A stretch of DNA of 64,000 bases, from NCBI GenBank assembly GCA_963666425.2, contig OY762825.2:2688001-2752000 (forward strand), read 5' to 3'. The first letter of the stretch is position 1. The number at the start of each line of letters is the position of its first letter. The notes below the pieces were generated by a model, which was not told the origin of the DNA, searched no databases, and saw only the letters and a list, made by a program, of their open reading frames with translations. The position numbers were made by a program, and so were the translations under genes. Below, in pieces: positions 19,895 to 33,051 of this stretch. The DNA comes from Bacillota bacterium (GTDB taxonomy: Bacteria > Bacillota > JAAYKD01).

Positions 19895-20876
19895 TGGATT
19901 CACCTACTACTTTCACGAAAATCTCATGCAGCGAAGGTTCGCGCAGATCAAAGGTGATAATACTGATATGCTTGGCAATCAGCATCGTAAGCAGCAGATT
20001 GGCCTGCTCCTCTCCGCTTACTTTCAGTTGATATTCAAATTCCTTTTCTGCAATCAGCTGAACTGCTGCCGCGTCAATCAGTTCCGAGATATCCTGCTCA
20101 ACTTTCAGCGTGAGATTCACTCTGCCGTAACTCTTTTTAATTTCATTCAGATGTCCCTGTAAGATGACTTTGCTGCGGTCAAGGATGGTCAGGTCGGTAC
20201 AGAATTCCTCCACCGTGGCCATTTGATGGCTGGACATGATCAGATATTTGCCCTTATCTATTTCATCACGGATGATATTGCGGAACAAATCGGTATTGAT
20301 CGGGTCGAGACCGGATAAAGGTTCGTCCAGGATAATCAATTCCGGATCGGAAATCAATGCCGTCATAAATTGAATTTTCTGTTGATTGCCTTTGGAAAGC
20401 TGATCTGCCAATTTTGGCGGAGTCATTTTTCTGCGTTTACCGCCAAAACCAAAGCCTGCTCTCTTGCCGGTGGAGCTGGCTGGGCTTCCATTCGCATAGC
20501 TGGGGTATAAGTACTCCGTCACTTCCAACCGCTCTGCCCAATCGCTGATGCGCTTTTTTGCTTCCGCTGTCGGCACATTGCGCAGTCTGGCAAAATAGAT
20601 GAGTTGGTCCATCAAAGCATATTTGGGATAAAGACCGCGCTCTTCCGCCAGATAACCGACATTGCAGGTAGCGGTATCCAAGGGCTGATTGTTCCAAAGC
20701 ACCTCGCCGCTGTCCCGGGAAAGCATACCCAGCATCATCCGGATCGCAGTTGTTTTACCGGCGCCGTTTGTACCAAGCAGCGCATAGACACCTGGTTTTG
20801 TCATTTGAAAACTCAAACGATCCACCACGGTCTTTTCTTCATATTTCTTGGTTAAATTCGAGACGATTAAGCTCAT
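19881..20876 (-). CDS. ABC transporter ATP-binding protein (NatA/YhaQ-like)
   Basis: GTNGAGKTT Walker A, YLAEERGLY, LSKGNQQK signature, ILDEP Walker B, SSH. Confidence 0.92.
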   Translation of the reverse strand: MSLIVSNLTKKYEEKTVVDRLSFQMTKPGVYALLGTNGAGKTTAIRMMLGMLSRDSGEVLWNNQPLDTATCNVGYLAEERGLYPKYALMDQLIYFARLRNVPTAEAKKRISDWAERLEVTEYLYPSYANGSPASSTGKRAGFGFGGKRRKMTPPKLADQLSKGNQQKIQFMTALISDPELIILDEPLSGLDPINTDLFRNIIRDEIDKGKYLIMSSHQMATVEEFCTDLTILDRSKVILQGHLNEIKKSYGRVNLTLKVEQDISELIDAAAVQLIAEKEFEYQLKVSGEEQANLLLTMLIAKHISIITFDLREPSLHEIFVKVVGESNETE

Positions 20877-21055
20877 TTTTGTTTGTTCTCCTCTTTTGTT
20901 AGAAAATGAGATTGATTTAGGATGAATAACGGAATTGATTATAACATGAATGTTAGAGAAATAAAACTCACCGGAGCCAGCTGAGAAATAGTGACATTTT
21001 GCCTTAAGAAATGACTGCTTACTAAATAATGGTAAAAAAAGGGACGAAATGCGAT

Positions 21056-21108
21056 AAAAAACTGCTCTTCTTGATTTAAGCGAACGATCAAGAAGAGCAG
21101 GTTTTTTA
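21056..21108. terminator. Intrinsic terminator downstream of the amidohydrolase
   Basis: AAAAAACTGCTCTTCTTGAT..ATCAAGAAGAGCAGGTTTTTT. Confidence 0.7.
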
Positions 21109-21192
21109 TCTGGGAAACGGTTAATCAGCGCGTTTGCTTATGGATTGCCCGCTGATACGCCAAGATAATGTATGAAAATGCGTAAAATCGAT

Positions 21193-22611
21193 TTACCAAA
21201 TTTCCGGTTTTGCATCACGCGGCAAAGCGTTGGGATAGGTTTCCCCGTCGAGATCGACGAGCCAGGCCGCTTTCGCCTCTTGGATCAATTTTGGATTGGT
21301 CAGGAAATCATAAGCGGCAGCCGCCATGATTTTTGCTGCCAGCAACATTCCCTTATGCGCGACGGAACTCTTACCCTGGGCAACGGTTTGCCAGGCATGA
21401 CCCGGCGTTCCGGCAGCTAAGGTAACGGCGCTGAATTGACCGGTTGGCACAACCCAAGAGACATCACCAACATCGGTTGAACCTTTGCTGGCGCCTTTAT
21501 GTTCTATTTTGAAATCGAAAAGCGGTTTTTCCAGCAATTTGGCGGCATCGTGACCGGCGATCTGCTTTGCTTCGGCTTTCAAATTATTACGGTCGAGATC
21601 GGTAATCACCGCCTGGAAGGCTTTGGCATAAGCCAATTCTTCTGCTGTATAACCAACCGGCAAGAAGGCGTCCATATGCTCGGAAAGGCGGCTGTTGATC
21701 ACGTCGTTGGCAATGTAATCGGAGTAAGCGGCTACCTGCCGGATATCAACGGTCGTTTCTGTAATCAAGGCGGCCCCGCGTGCCACATTGCAGACGCGTT
21801 CATACAGTTCCATAACCTGGGTGACTTTGGGTGCACGGATAGCGTAGAGCACCTGGGCTTCCGATTGAACGACATTGGGCGCCGTGCCGCCGGTATTAAT
21901 GATAGCATAATGAATGCGCGCTTCGTCGATCATATGTTCACGCATATAATTGACGCCGACATCCATAATTTCCACGGCATCCAAAGCGCTGCGGCCCAGG
22001 TGAGGTGCACCGGCAGCATGGGCGGATTTGCCATGGAAGGTGAAAAAGACGCGGAAATTGGCCAGCGAACCGGTAGGTGTCACACCATTGATGCTGCCGG
22101 GATGCCAGGTAATTGCAATATCGCAGTCTTTGAAGCAACCGTCGCGGACCAAAAAGGCTTTGCCTCCGGCGTTTTCTTCGGCAGGGCAGCCATAATAACG
22201 AATGGTACCGGCTAATTTCTGCTTTTCCATATATTCTTTCAGGGCAACCGCAGCAGCCAAAGAAGCAGTACCCAAGAGATTATGCCCGCAGCCATGACCA
22301 TCCTTACCCGGTACGATCGGCGTGTGCACCGTATTGTCTGCTTCCTGAGAAAGACCGGAAAGAGCATCAAACTCTCCAAGCAGGGCGATGACCGGTGTAC
22401 CGCTGCCGAATTCAGCTAAAATTGCCGTATCCTCACCGGCTAAACCTTGGGTAACACGAAACCCCTGTGCTGTTAGATACTGCGCCTGCAGCTGAGATGA
22501 CTTTACTTCTTGGAATCTGGATTCGGCAAACCCCCAAATTTCATCACTGATATGGCAGAATGCATCCTTTTTAGCGTTGATTAATTGCGCCAGATCTTCA
22601 CGGTAACTCAT
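21193..22611 (-). CDS. M20 amidohydrolase, AbgB-like (aminobenzoyl-glutamate hydrolase family)
   Basis: GEFDAL, GHGCGHN, GCPAEE, TWHP, GSTDVGDVSW, HAWQ. Confidence 0.85.
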   Translation of the reverse strand: MSYREDLAQLINAKKDAFCHISDEIWGFAESRFQEVKSSQLQAQYLTAQGFRVTQGLAGEDTAILAEFGSGTPVIALLGEFDALSGLSQEADNTVHTPIVPGKDGHGCGHNLLGTASLAAAVALKEYMEKQKLAGTIRYYGCPAEENAGGKAFLVRDGCFKDCDIAITWHPGSINGVTPTGSLANFRVFFTFHGKSAHAAGAPHLGRSALDAVEIMDVGVNYMREHMIDEARIHYAIINTGGTAPNVVQSEAQVLYAIRAPKVTQVMELYERVCNVARGAALITETTVDIRQVAAYSDYIANDVINSRLSEHMDAFLPVGYTAEELAYAKAFQAVITDLDRNNLKAEAKQIAGHDAAKLLEKPLFDFKIEHKGASKGSTDVGDVSWVVPTGQFSAVTLAAGTPGHAWQTVAQGKSSVAHKGMLLAAKIMAAAAYDFLTNPKLIQEAKAAWLVDLDGETYPNALPRDAKPEIW

Positions 22612-22791
22612 ACGATTCCTCCTCCATAAAAACTCTCTTCTTGACTCTATCCAGTATAACCACTCCAGCGAAAAAAATCAATCTGCCTTTCTTTTTTTGC
22701 ACAGATATGATATGATAATCAAAAAAGTTGGTAGATTAAAACATACAGGCTGTCTCATCCATTGAGGCAGCTTTTCTAAGCGGGTGAAAAA

Positions 22792-23787
22792 ATGCAGATA
22801 GCACAATATCATTTTCCCAATCCTGTAGTTCTCGCTCCCATGGCCGGAGTGACCGACCTGGTGTTTCGGCGCATCTGCAAAGAGATGGGCTGCGCTTTGA
22901 GTGTAACTGAAATGATCAGCGATAAAGGTTTGATCTATTCGCAAAGAGCTACCCTGAAGATCGCTGAAATCAGTGAACCCGGCTTTGTTGCGGTGCAGTT
23001 ATTCGGTTCGGAAGTGGAGCCGATGATTCAGGCAGTGGAAATCATCAATCGGATGCAGCCGCATCTGATCGATCTGAATATGGGCTGTCCGGCACCGAAA
23101 ATCGTCAGAAATGGAGAAGGTTCCGCCCTGATGCAGAAACCGGCCCTGGCGTCTGAAATTATGGCCGCAGTCGTTCAGCATGCCGCGGTACCTGTCACGG
23201 TGAAAATGCGGCTTGGCTGGGATGCTCAAAACATCAACTGCCTGGAGATGGCCAAACGAGCCGAAGCAGCCGGCATCGCAGCCATTACACTGCATGCCAG
23301 AACCAGAGATCAGTATTATGGCGGCAAAGCAGACTGGGCTTACATTAAGCAGATGAAAGAAACCGTCTCGATTCCTGTGATCGGCAATGGGGATATCTGG
23401 CAGCCGGAAGATGCGGCGCGTATGCTGAGCCAAACCGGTGCCGATGGCGTGATGATCGGACGCGGTATTTTAGGTAATCCCTGGTTGATTCGCAATACGG
23501 TGGCCTTACTGACCAGCGGCCAAACTTTGAGTATTCCCAGTTACCGCGAGCGAATTCAAATGGCGATCCGGCACCTGTATGAATTGGTTGCCTACAAAGG
23601 AGAACATATCGGCGTGCGTGAAATGCGGAAACACGGAGCATGGTATTTAAAAAGCCTGCGCGGCGCTTCCGGGATCCGGATTTTGCTGAACGGCGCCAAA
23701 TCAGTCGAGGAAATGGAACGGATTTTACTGACCTATCAGAGAGAGTTGGCCGGGCTGCCGGAGGATCAGATCCTAGAATCCTGTTGA
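22792..23787 (+). CDS. dusB: tRNA-dihydrouridine synthase B
   Basis: LAPMAGVTD, DLNMGCP, HARTR, GNGDI, MIGRG, MRKH. Confidence 0.93.
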   Translation: MQIAQYHFPNPVVLAPMAGVTDLVFRRICKEMGCALSVTEMISDKGLIYSQRATLKIAEISEPGFVAVQLFGSEVEPMIQAVEIINRMQPHLIDLNMGCPAPKIVRNGEGSALMQKPALASEIMAAVVQHAAVPVTVKMRLGWDAQNINCLEMAKRAEAAGIAAITLHARTRDQYYGGKADWAYIKQMKETVSIPVIGNGDIWQPEDAARMLSQTGADGVMIGRGILGNPWLIRNTVALLTSGQTLSIPSYRERIQMAIRHLYELVAYKGEHIGVREMRKHGAWYLKSLRGASGIRILLNGAKSVEEMERILLTYQRELAGLPEDQILESC

Positions 23788-23812
23788 CAGTTTTACCAAA
23801 ATAGCCTATACT
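23784..23812 (+). promoter_or_regulatory. sigmaA promoter of greA
   Basis: TTGACA-17 bp-TATACT. Confidence 0.7.
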
Positions 23813-23860
23813 AAATGCGTTCTATGCTGAATAGACGACATAATTTATGAGGTGACAGGA

Positions 23861-24337
23861 ATGATCGATCAACCGGTATATTTGACAGCGGACGGCTTAA
23901 AGAAAAACGAAGAACGGTTAGAATATTTAAAAGCGGTAAAACGCAGTGAAATCGCTGAGCGGATAAAGCAAGCCAAAGAATATGGTGATTTGAGTGAAAA
24001 CTCTGAATATGATGACGCCAAAAACGAACAAGCTTTCGTGGAAGGTGAAATTCAGAATCTGGAGAGAATGCTGCGCAACGCGGTTGTGATCAAAGATGAC
24101 GGCATTGACCAGGGTATTATCAACGTCGGTGCCACTGTGACCGTGCACGATGAGGAATATGGCGACGAGTTTACCTATACGATTGTGGGCACTGCCGAGG
24201 CTGATCCTTTTGTAAATAAAATCTCCAACGAATCTCCTTTGGGCAGAGCCTTGCTGAACAGGAAAGTCAGCGATATTGTGGAAGTTCCCCTGCCGATTGG
24301 CAGTGCGAAGTATAAAATCCTGAATATCAGCCGCTAA
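23861..24337 (+). CDS. greA: Transcription elongation factor GreA
   Basis: [24 protein letters not shown]. Confidence 0.96.
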   Translation: MIDQPVYLTADGLKKNEERLEYLKAVKRSEIAERIKQAKEYGDLSENSEYDDAKNEQAFVEGEIQNLERMLRNAVVIKDDGIDQGIINVGATVTVHDEEYGDEFTYTIVGTAEADPFVNKISNESPLGRALLNRKVSDIVEVPLPIGSAKYKILNISR

Positions 24338-24353
24338 ATCAGCTTACCACTTC

Positions 24354-24392
24354 AAAAAACAAACCTCTTTTCAGAGGTTTGTTTTTATTTTT
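24354..24392 (+). terminator. greA terminator
   Basis: AAAAAACAAACCTCT-TTTC-AGAGGTTTGTTTTT. Confidence 0.75.
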
Positions 24393-24445
24393 CGTGTGTA
24401 GAATTAAATTCTTTGCGAAACATCAAATTCTCAAGCATTTTTGAG

Positions 24446-24543
24446 TTGACAAAGGAATTTTGCTATGCTATTATATCAAAGCACTCACGGAACAAGAGTA
24501 AACCGGAACGTGAGGACACAGATCCTTGAGAACTAAACAGCGA
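24446..24543 (+). promoter_or_regulatory. rRNA promoter and boxA/processing stem
   Basis: TTGACA-17 bp-(TG)TATTAT; GATCCTTGAGAACTAAACAGCGA (24521-24543) is complementary to TCGCTGTTTAGTTCTCAGGGATC after the 16S (26316-26338). Confidence 0.8.
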
Positions 24544-24733
24544 AAGAAAAAAGACGAAGATAACAAGAACCGGTCAATTCAAAAACGAGTGACCGAAGAG
24601 GACTTGTCATGTGCGTGACAAGAAATCGAAGGGGTTACAAAAAAGTCATATCGCAAGATATGCAAAAAGAAGCCAGTAGTCGAAAGACGAAAATTTCGTA
24701 AATAAGAGCTAGATTAGCTCTGCAATAGAAAAT

Positions 24734-26249
<1,516 letters not shown>

Positions 26250-26366
26250 GGGAGCACTTTCATTAAGAAGGTAACTTCTAAGATCGATACCGGATCCGCT
26301 TCGTCAGTCAATCAATCGCTGTTTAGTTCTCAGGGATCAAACCCTGAATTTTTTTAAGAAAAACAG

Positions 26367-26445
<79 letters not shown>

Positions 26446-26472
26446 GAAGATTTGTGGAAAAAGAATAGAGTC

Positions 26473-26548
26473 GGGGGTGTAGCTCAGCTGGGAGAGCACC
26501 TGCCTTGCAAGCAGGGGGTCAGCGGTTCGATCCCGCTCATCTCCACCA
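26473..26548 (+). tRNA. tRNA-Ala (UGC)
   Basis: GGGGGTG..CATCTCC-A-CCA with G3:U70, anticodon loop TTGCA. Confidence 0.96.
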
Positions 26549-26761
26549 ACAAACCTTCACCAAAAGAGAGACACTTGCACCTTGAAAATTGCATAGAGAA
26601 GAAAGATAGCAAATCTTTTAAAACAGTAAGTAAAACAAACGAAGGATTTATGAAAAGTCGTAGGAAGTAAATTAAAAAGTGAAGGGAACAACTTCACTGA
26701 AAGAATAAAACCCGGCATGGCGACATGGTGGGAATAAAACTTTCGCGCAAAGTAGAGAAAA

Positions 26762-29735
<2,974 letters not shown>

Positions 29736-29884
29736 AACGGCTTTGCGAAAAGCAAGTGAGGTTGTAAGCCCGACGCAAAAAGAAATACAAGATGACGGCA
29801 GAGTAATGAATCTAGACGAATGAAAGACAAATACTGACTTCTCTATGCAATTTTCAGGGTGTGGGAGACCACATTCTTGAATAG

Positions 29885-30001
29885 TCCGGTGGCGATAGCG
29901 GAAGGGATCCACCCGTTCCCATCCCGAACACGGCCGTTAAGCCTTCCCACGCCGATGGTACTCGAAGGGCAACCTTCCGGGAGAGTAGGTAACTGCCGGG
30001 C
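29885..30001 (+). rRNA. rrf: 5S rRNA
   Basis: TCCGGTGGCGATAGCG..CCCATCCCGAACAC..GGGAGAGTAGG..GCCGGG. Confidence 0.96.
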
Positions 30002-30005
30002 AAAC

Positions 30006-30051
30006 AACAAAAGAAAGCATTCATGTGTAAGCTTGGATGCTTTCTTTTGTT
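30006..30051 (+). terminator. rrn operon terminator
   Basis: AACAAAAGAAAGCAT..ATGCTTTCTTTTGTT. Confidence 0.75.
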
Positions 30052-30098
30052 ATGTACGCGGGGGAGAACGAGAATACGAATGGTGAGGTTTGCAAACG

Positions 30099-30485
30099 AA
30101 CACCGGCAGTATCCTTCCGGCGTCTCATGCGCGAGCGCATAGGCCGCCTGCAGGACACCGCCGGCGTTCTGAACGGCAGGCTGATGGAGATTGAGGAGCA
30201 TGAGAGCTGGGGACGGGGTGAATGAGTGAATGTAGGGCGGTGTACAAACACTGGCAGTATCCTTCCGGCGTCTCATGCGCGAGCGCATAGGCCGCCTACA
30301 GGACACCGCCGGCGTTCTGAGCGGGAGACTGATGGAGATTGAGGAGCATGAGGGCTGGAGACGGGGTGAATGAGTGAATGTAGGGTGGTGTACAAACACC
30401 GGCAGTATCCTTCCGGTGTCTCATGCGCGAGCGCATAGGTCGCCTACAGGACACCGCCGGTGTTCTGAGCGGAGTGCTGATGATT
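30099..30485. repeat. Tandem array of ~2.6 copies of a 148-bp palindromic unit (REP/BIME-like)
   Basis: CAC(C/T)GGCAGTATCCTTCCGG recurs at 30101, 30249 and 30397; each copy has the nested palindrome ATGCGC-GA-GCGCAT. Confidence 0.85.
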
Positions 30486-30966
30486 GACATAGGAAATGAG
30501 TGAGACATAAATTAGTGTTTTTTGAAAAAGTCTACAACAGCATGAAGCTCAAAAATTATGATATAAGTTACCATGAAATATAAAGAAAATTTTTGCTTTA
30601 TTAAACTCATTTAGTAACAAATACTAAGCACCTTTCCTGTAGTTTTCCAAAGAAAATTTTCACAGTATTGTCGTGAAATATGATAAGGATTAGCAGGAAT
30701 TGTCTTTCTACGAGTCGAACAAAACATAAATTAGCGAGCCATAGGGGACGGAAACGAAGAAATGCTTGAGGGTAGATTTTTTGTATTGTCAAGAAGCGTG
30801 CCAAAATGCAATGTGGAGAATTTTATGGAAAAATAAGTATTCAGTATGACGGAAATATAGTTTGGCATTTTTCTTTCTGACTTTTCAAAAGTCGTATATT
30901 TAACTTATATTAAGAGGAAAAATTTTGAGAGAATCAAGACGATATAAATATGGAAGGGGAAATGGT

Positions 30967-32184
30967 ATGAAAGTCAAAAGAATCATTATTCTTTTATGCT
31001 CCATGATCATTCTGTTTACTTCAGGTCTTCCCATAGTCTTGGCTGAAGATACCAATGCAAGAGTTGATTTCATCGCAAGTGAACCCGATGCCAATGGTTA
31101 TTTTACACTTAGTATGTCGGTTGCGAATGCAAAGTTTAATGCATTTCAATTTGTTTTACGGTATAATACGGAATCACTGCAAACTGTTGATTATGTGACC
31201 CATGAAAATACAGATAGTTTTAGTAAATTCTCTCATACCCCTGATAATTTGACTTGGCTTTCTAAAATCGGAACAGGAATCGACTCTTCATTAGGCTTGA
31301 TTGATTTCAGCGGCTATGTAACACCGGGAACCTCTCCATCTTATAATGCAGAAGAAATAGTTGGTCAAGCGAATATTGGAAATACACCGGTGATCCTTTT
31401 TGAATTTGCATTTCGGCAGCTCGGGACTGAACCCATTGGCATAGAATTAGCCAAATTTGCGCTTGATAAGCCAAGTAGAGAGTACTTTCCCGAAGGGGGA
31501 GCTTTAGCGAATGCTGGAAAATCGATCGATGTCATCATATCATTTCTTTTACCACAGGAACTTGGCGAAAACATTATTATAGAAAATCCAGGTGACCCGG
31601 TTATTCCTGATTCGGAAACACCTGTGGTACCTGTTCAACCGATACCTACTGATATAGAAGAACCTTTGGATGATAAAACTCCGAAAACAGTGATCGAGCG
31701 CTTAAAAGAAACTCTGATCTTGCAAATCGGTAACTATGCGGCGGCAGACGAAGGAGCTCTGTGTCATATCTACCCGGGTGAAAAATCGGTGTTCCCTTAC
31801 CTCAAAGATAATCGAACGTTTGTTCCATTCCGGTTTATTGCTGATCGACTGGGTTATACGGTAGAGTGGAACGAAGCAACTAGAATGGTGACATTCAGTA
31901 ACAATACTCATCTACTGCAGATGAAAATTGGAGCAATGGAATACACAGTTGATGGTATTAGCTATCCAATGGATACAGCTGCAGAAATATCTCATGATAG
32001 AACCATGGTTCCAATTCGTTTTATTGCTCAGGCATTGGGTCAGGCAGTGGAATGGGATTCGAATAGCCAAATGGTTTATATTACTCGATCGGACATTCCC
32101 TGGAACTTTGAGCGAGAATTAGAGAAACAAGCAACTTCTGATGTTTCATTGGTTTTATCTCCATTGCTGCGTGACTTTGTGTAA
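30967..32184 (+). CDS. Secreted protein: cohesin-like domain, Pro/Thr linker and copper amine oxidase N-terminal (stalk) domain
   Basis: Signal peptide; FTLSMSV..AFQFVLRYNTESL..ILFEFAF cohesin-like strands; PVIPDSETPVVPVQPIP; RTFVPFRFIA..VEW and RTMVPIRFIA..VEWD repeats. Confidence 0.7.
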   Translation: MKVKRIIILLCSMIILFTSGLPIVLAEDTNARVDFIASEPDANGYFTLSMSVANAKFNAFQFVLRYNTESLQTVDYVTHENTDSFSKFSHTPDNLTWLSKIGTGIDSSLGLIDFSGYVTPGTSPSYNAEEIVGQANIGNTPVILFEFAFRQLGTEPIGIELAKFALDKPSREYFPEGGALANAGKSIDVIISFLLPQELGENIIIENPGDPVIPDSETPVVPVQPIPTDIEEPLDDKTPKTVIERLKETLILQIGNYAAADEGALCHIYPGEKSVFPYLKDNRTFVPFRFIADRLGYTVEWNEATRMVTFSNNTHLLQMKIGAMEYTVDGISYPMDTAAEISHDRTMVPIRFIAQALGQAVEWDSNSQMVYITRSDIPWNFERELEKQATSDVSLVLSPLLRDFV

Positions 32185-32192
32185 GGAGGATT

Positions 32193-33038
32193 GTGCGAAT
32201 GAAAAAACTTTCTAGGTTAATTTTGTTTTTTAGTGGATTGATCCTTTTGCTATCATCAAATGTGATGGCAGCAACCGTTACCTTGGGTGGAGTACCAGTG
32301 GACGGAAACTTAATCATCAGTCCAGTTGAAGGAAAATATTCCATCACATATACCGAAACATCAGAGAATGAGTTAGCAGCAGATCAACAGATGGTACTTT
32401 TAATTGTAAAGGGTGTTTCTACTACCGTTGGAGGTTTGACCATTTCTGCGGATAATATTCGCTATATTGATCAAACATCAGCAACTACAACGAGTGTAAC
32501 CTTTAGCAATTTCATTCCAAGCTCCGTACCCAATTGCACGATCCTGCTGGGCGGATTCGCAGATGGAGCAAAAGTCATCGGTTATATTGCAGCGGTCCCG
32601 GTCAATATTGGTGGAACGATGAATTTTCTTTCTGGTAGTATTCTACGCGCTGCAACGGTAAAACTGACGGAAAACGGTAATGCTGCCAATGTTTATACGG
32701 TTCAAACGAACACCAGCGGTCAATTCACTGTCCCACTTGTGACCGAAGGGTCTTATACGCTGTTGGCGACAGCAGAATCCCATGCGAGTTATACGAAAAC
32801 AGCACTAAATGTAACTGACTTGGATCTGAGTGGGATCAATGGGGTTCTTCGTCCGGGAGAATTGACCGGAGATATTAATATTAATTTCTCTGACCTATCA
32901 AATTTGCTGGATGATTATAATAAAACGAGAACCACAGCGCTGCGAGTCAATGCCGATATCACCGGTGATAATAATATCAATTTCAGTGATTTGTCCAGTT
33001 TACTCGATAGCTATAACAAATCCGCAATTTCCGAATAA
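32193..33038 (+). CDS. Secreted protein with a beta-sandwich (carboxypeptidase-regulatory-like/X) module and a C-terminal dockerin
   Basis: Signal peptide; TNTSGQFT..GSYTL module; duplicated Ca-binding repeats GELTGDININFSDLSNLLDDYN and ADITGDNNINFSDLSSLLDSYN. Confidence 0.75.
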   Translation: MRMKKLSRLILFFSGLILLLSSNVMAATVTLGGVPVDGNLIISPVEGKYSITYTETSENELAADQQMVLLIVKGVSTTVGGLTISADNIRYIDQTSATTTSVTFSNFIPSSVPNCTILLGGFADGAKVIGYIAAVPVNIGGTMNFLSGSILRAATVKLTENGNAANVYTVQTNTSGQFTVPLVTEGSYTLLATAESHASYTKTALNVTDLDLSGINGVLRPGELTGDININFSDLSNLLDDYNKTRTTALRVNADITGDNNINFSDLSSLLDSYNKSAISE

Positions 33039-33051
33039 AGGAGGAGAGAGA

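Noticed and set aside
20985-21020. LytTR-type direct repeat upstream of the ABC exporter
   Set aside because: The match (AGTGACA/AATGACT) is too weak and no cognate regulator is nearby
12492-22215. Long antisense ORFs (e.g. 12492..13190 and 21499..22215)
   Set aside because: They are shadows of well-supported genes on the opposite strand
30099-30485. CRISPR array
   Set aside because: The whole 148-bp unit repeats with no unique spacers, and no cas genes are nearby
29854-30508. ORFs across the 5S gene and repeat array (e.g. 181 aa on the minus strand)
   Set aside because: They are translations of the palindromic repeat and rRNA, with no SD or protein-like features
30500-30960. c-di-GMP or other riboswitch upstream of the surface-protein cassette
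   Set aside because: No recognisable aptamer consensus was found by eye
32911-33051. Longer N-terminus for the giant surface protein
   Set aside because: It overlaps the dockerin gene; the SD and signal peptide point to ATG 33052
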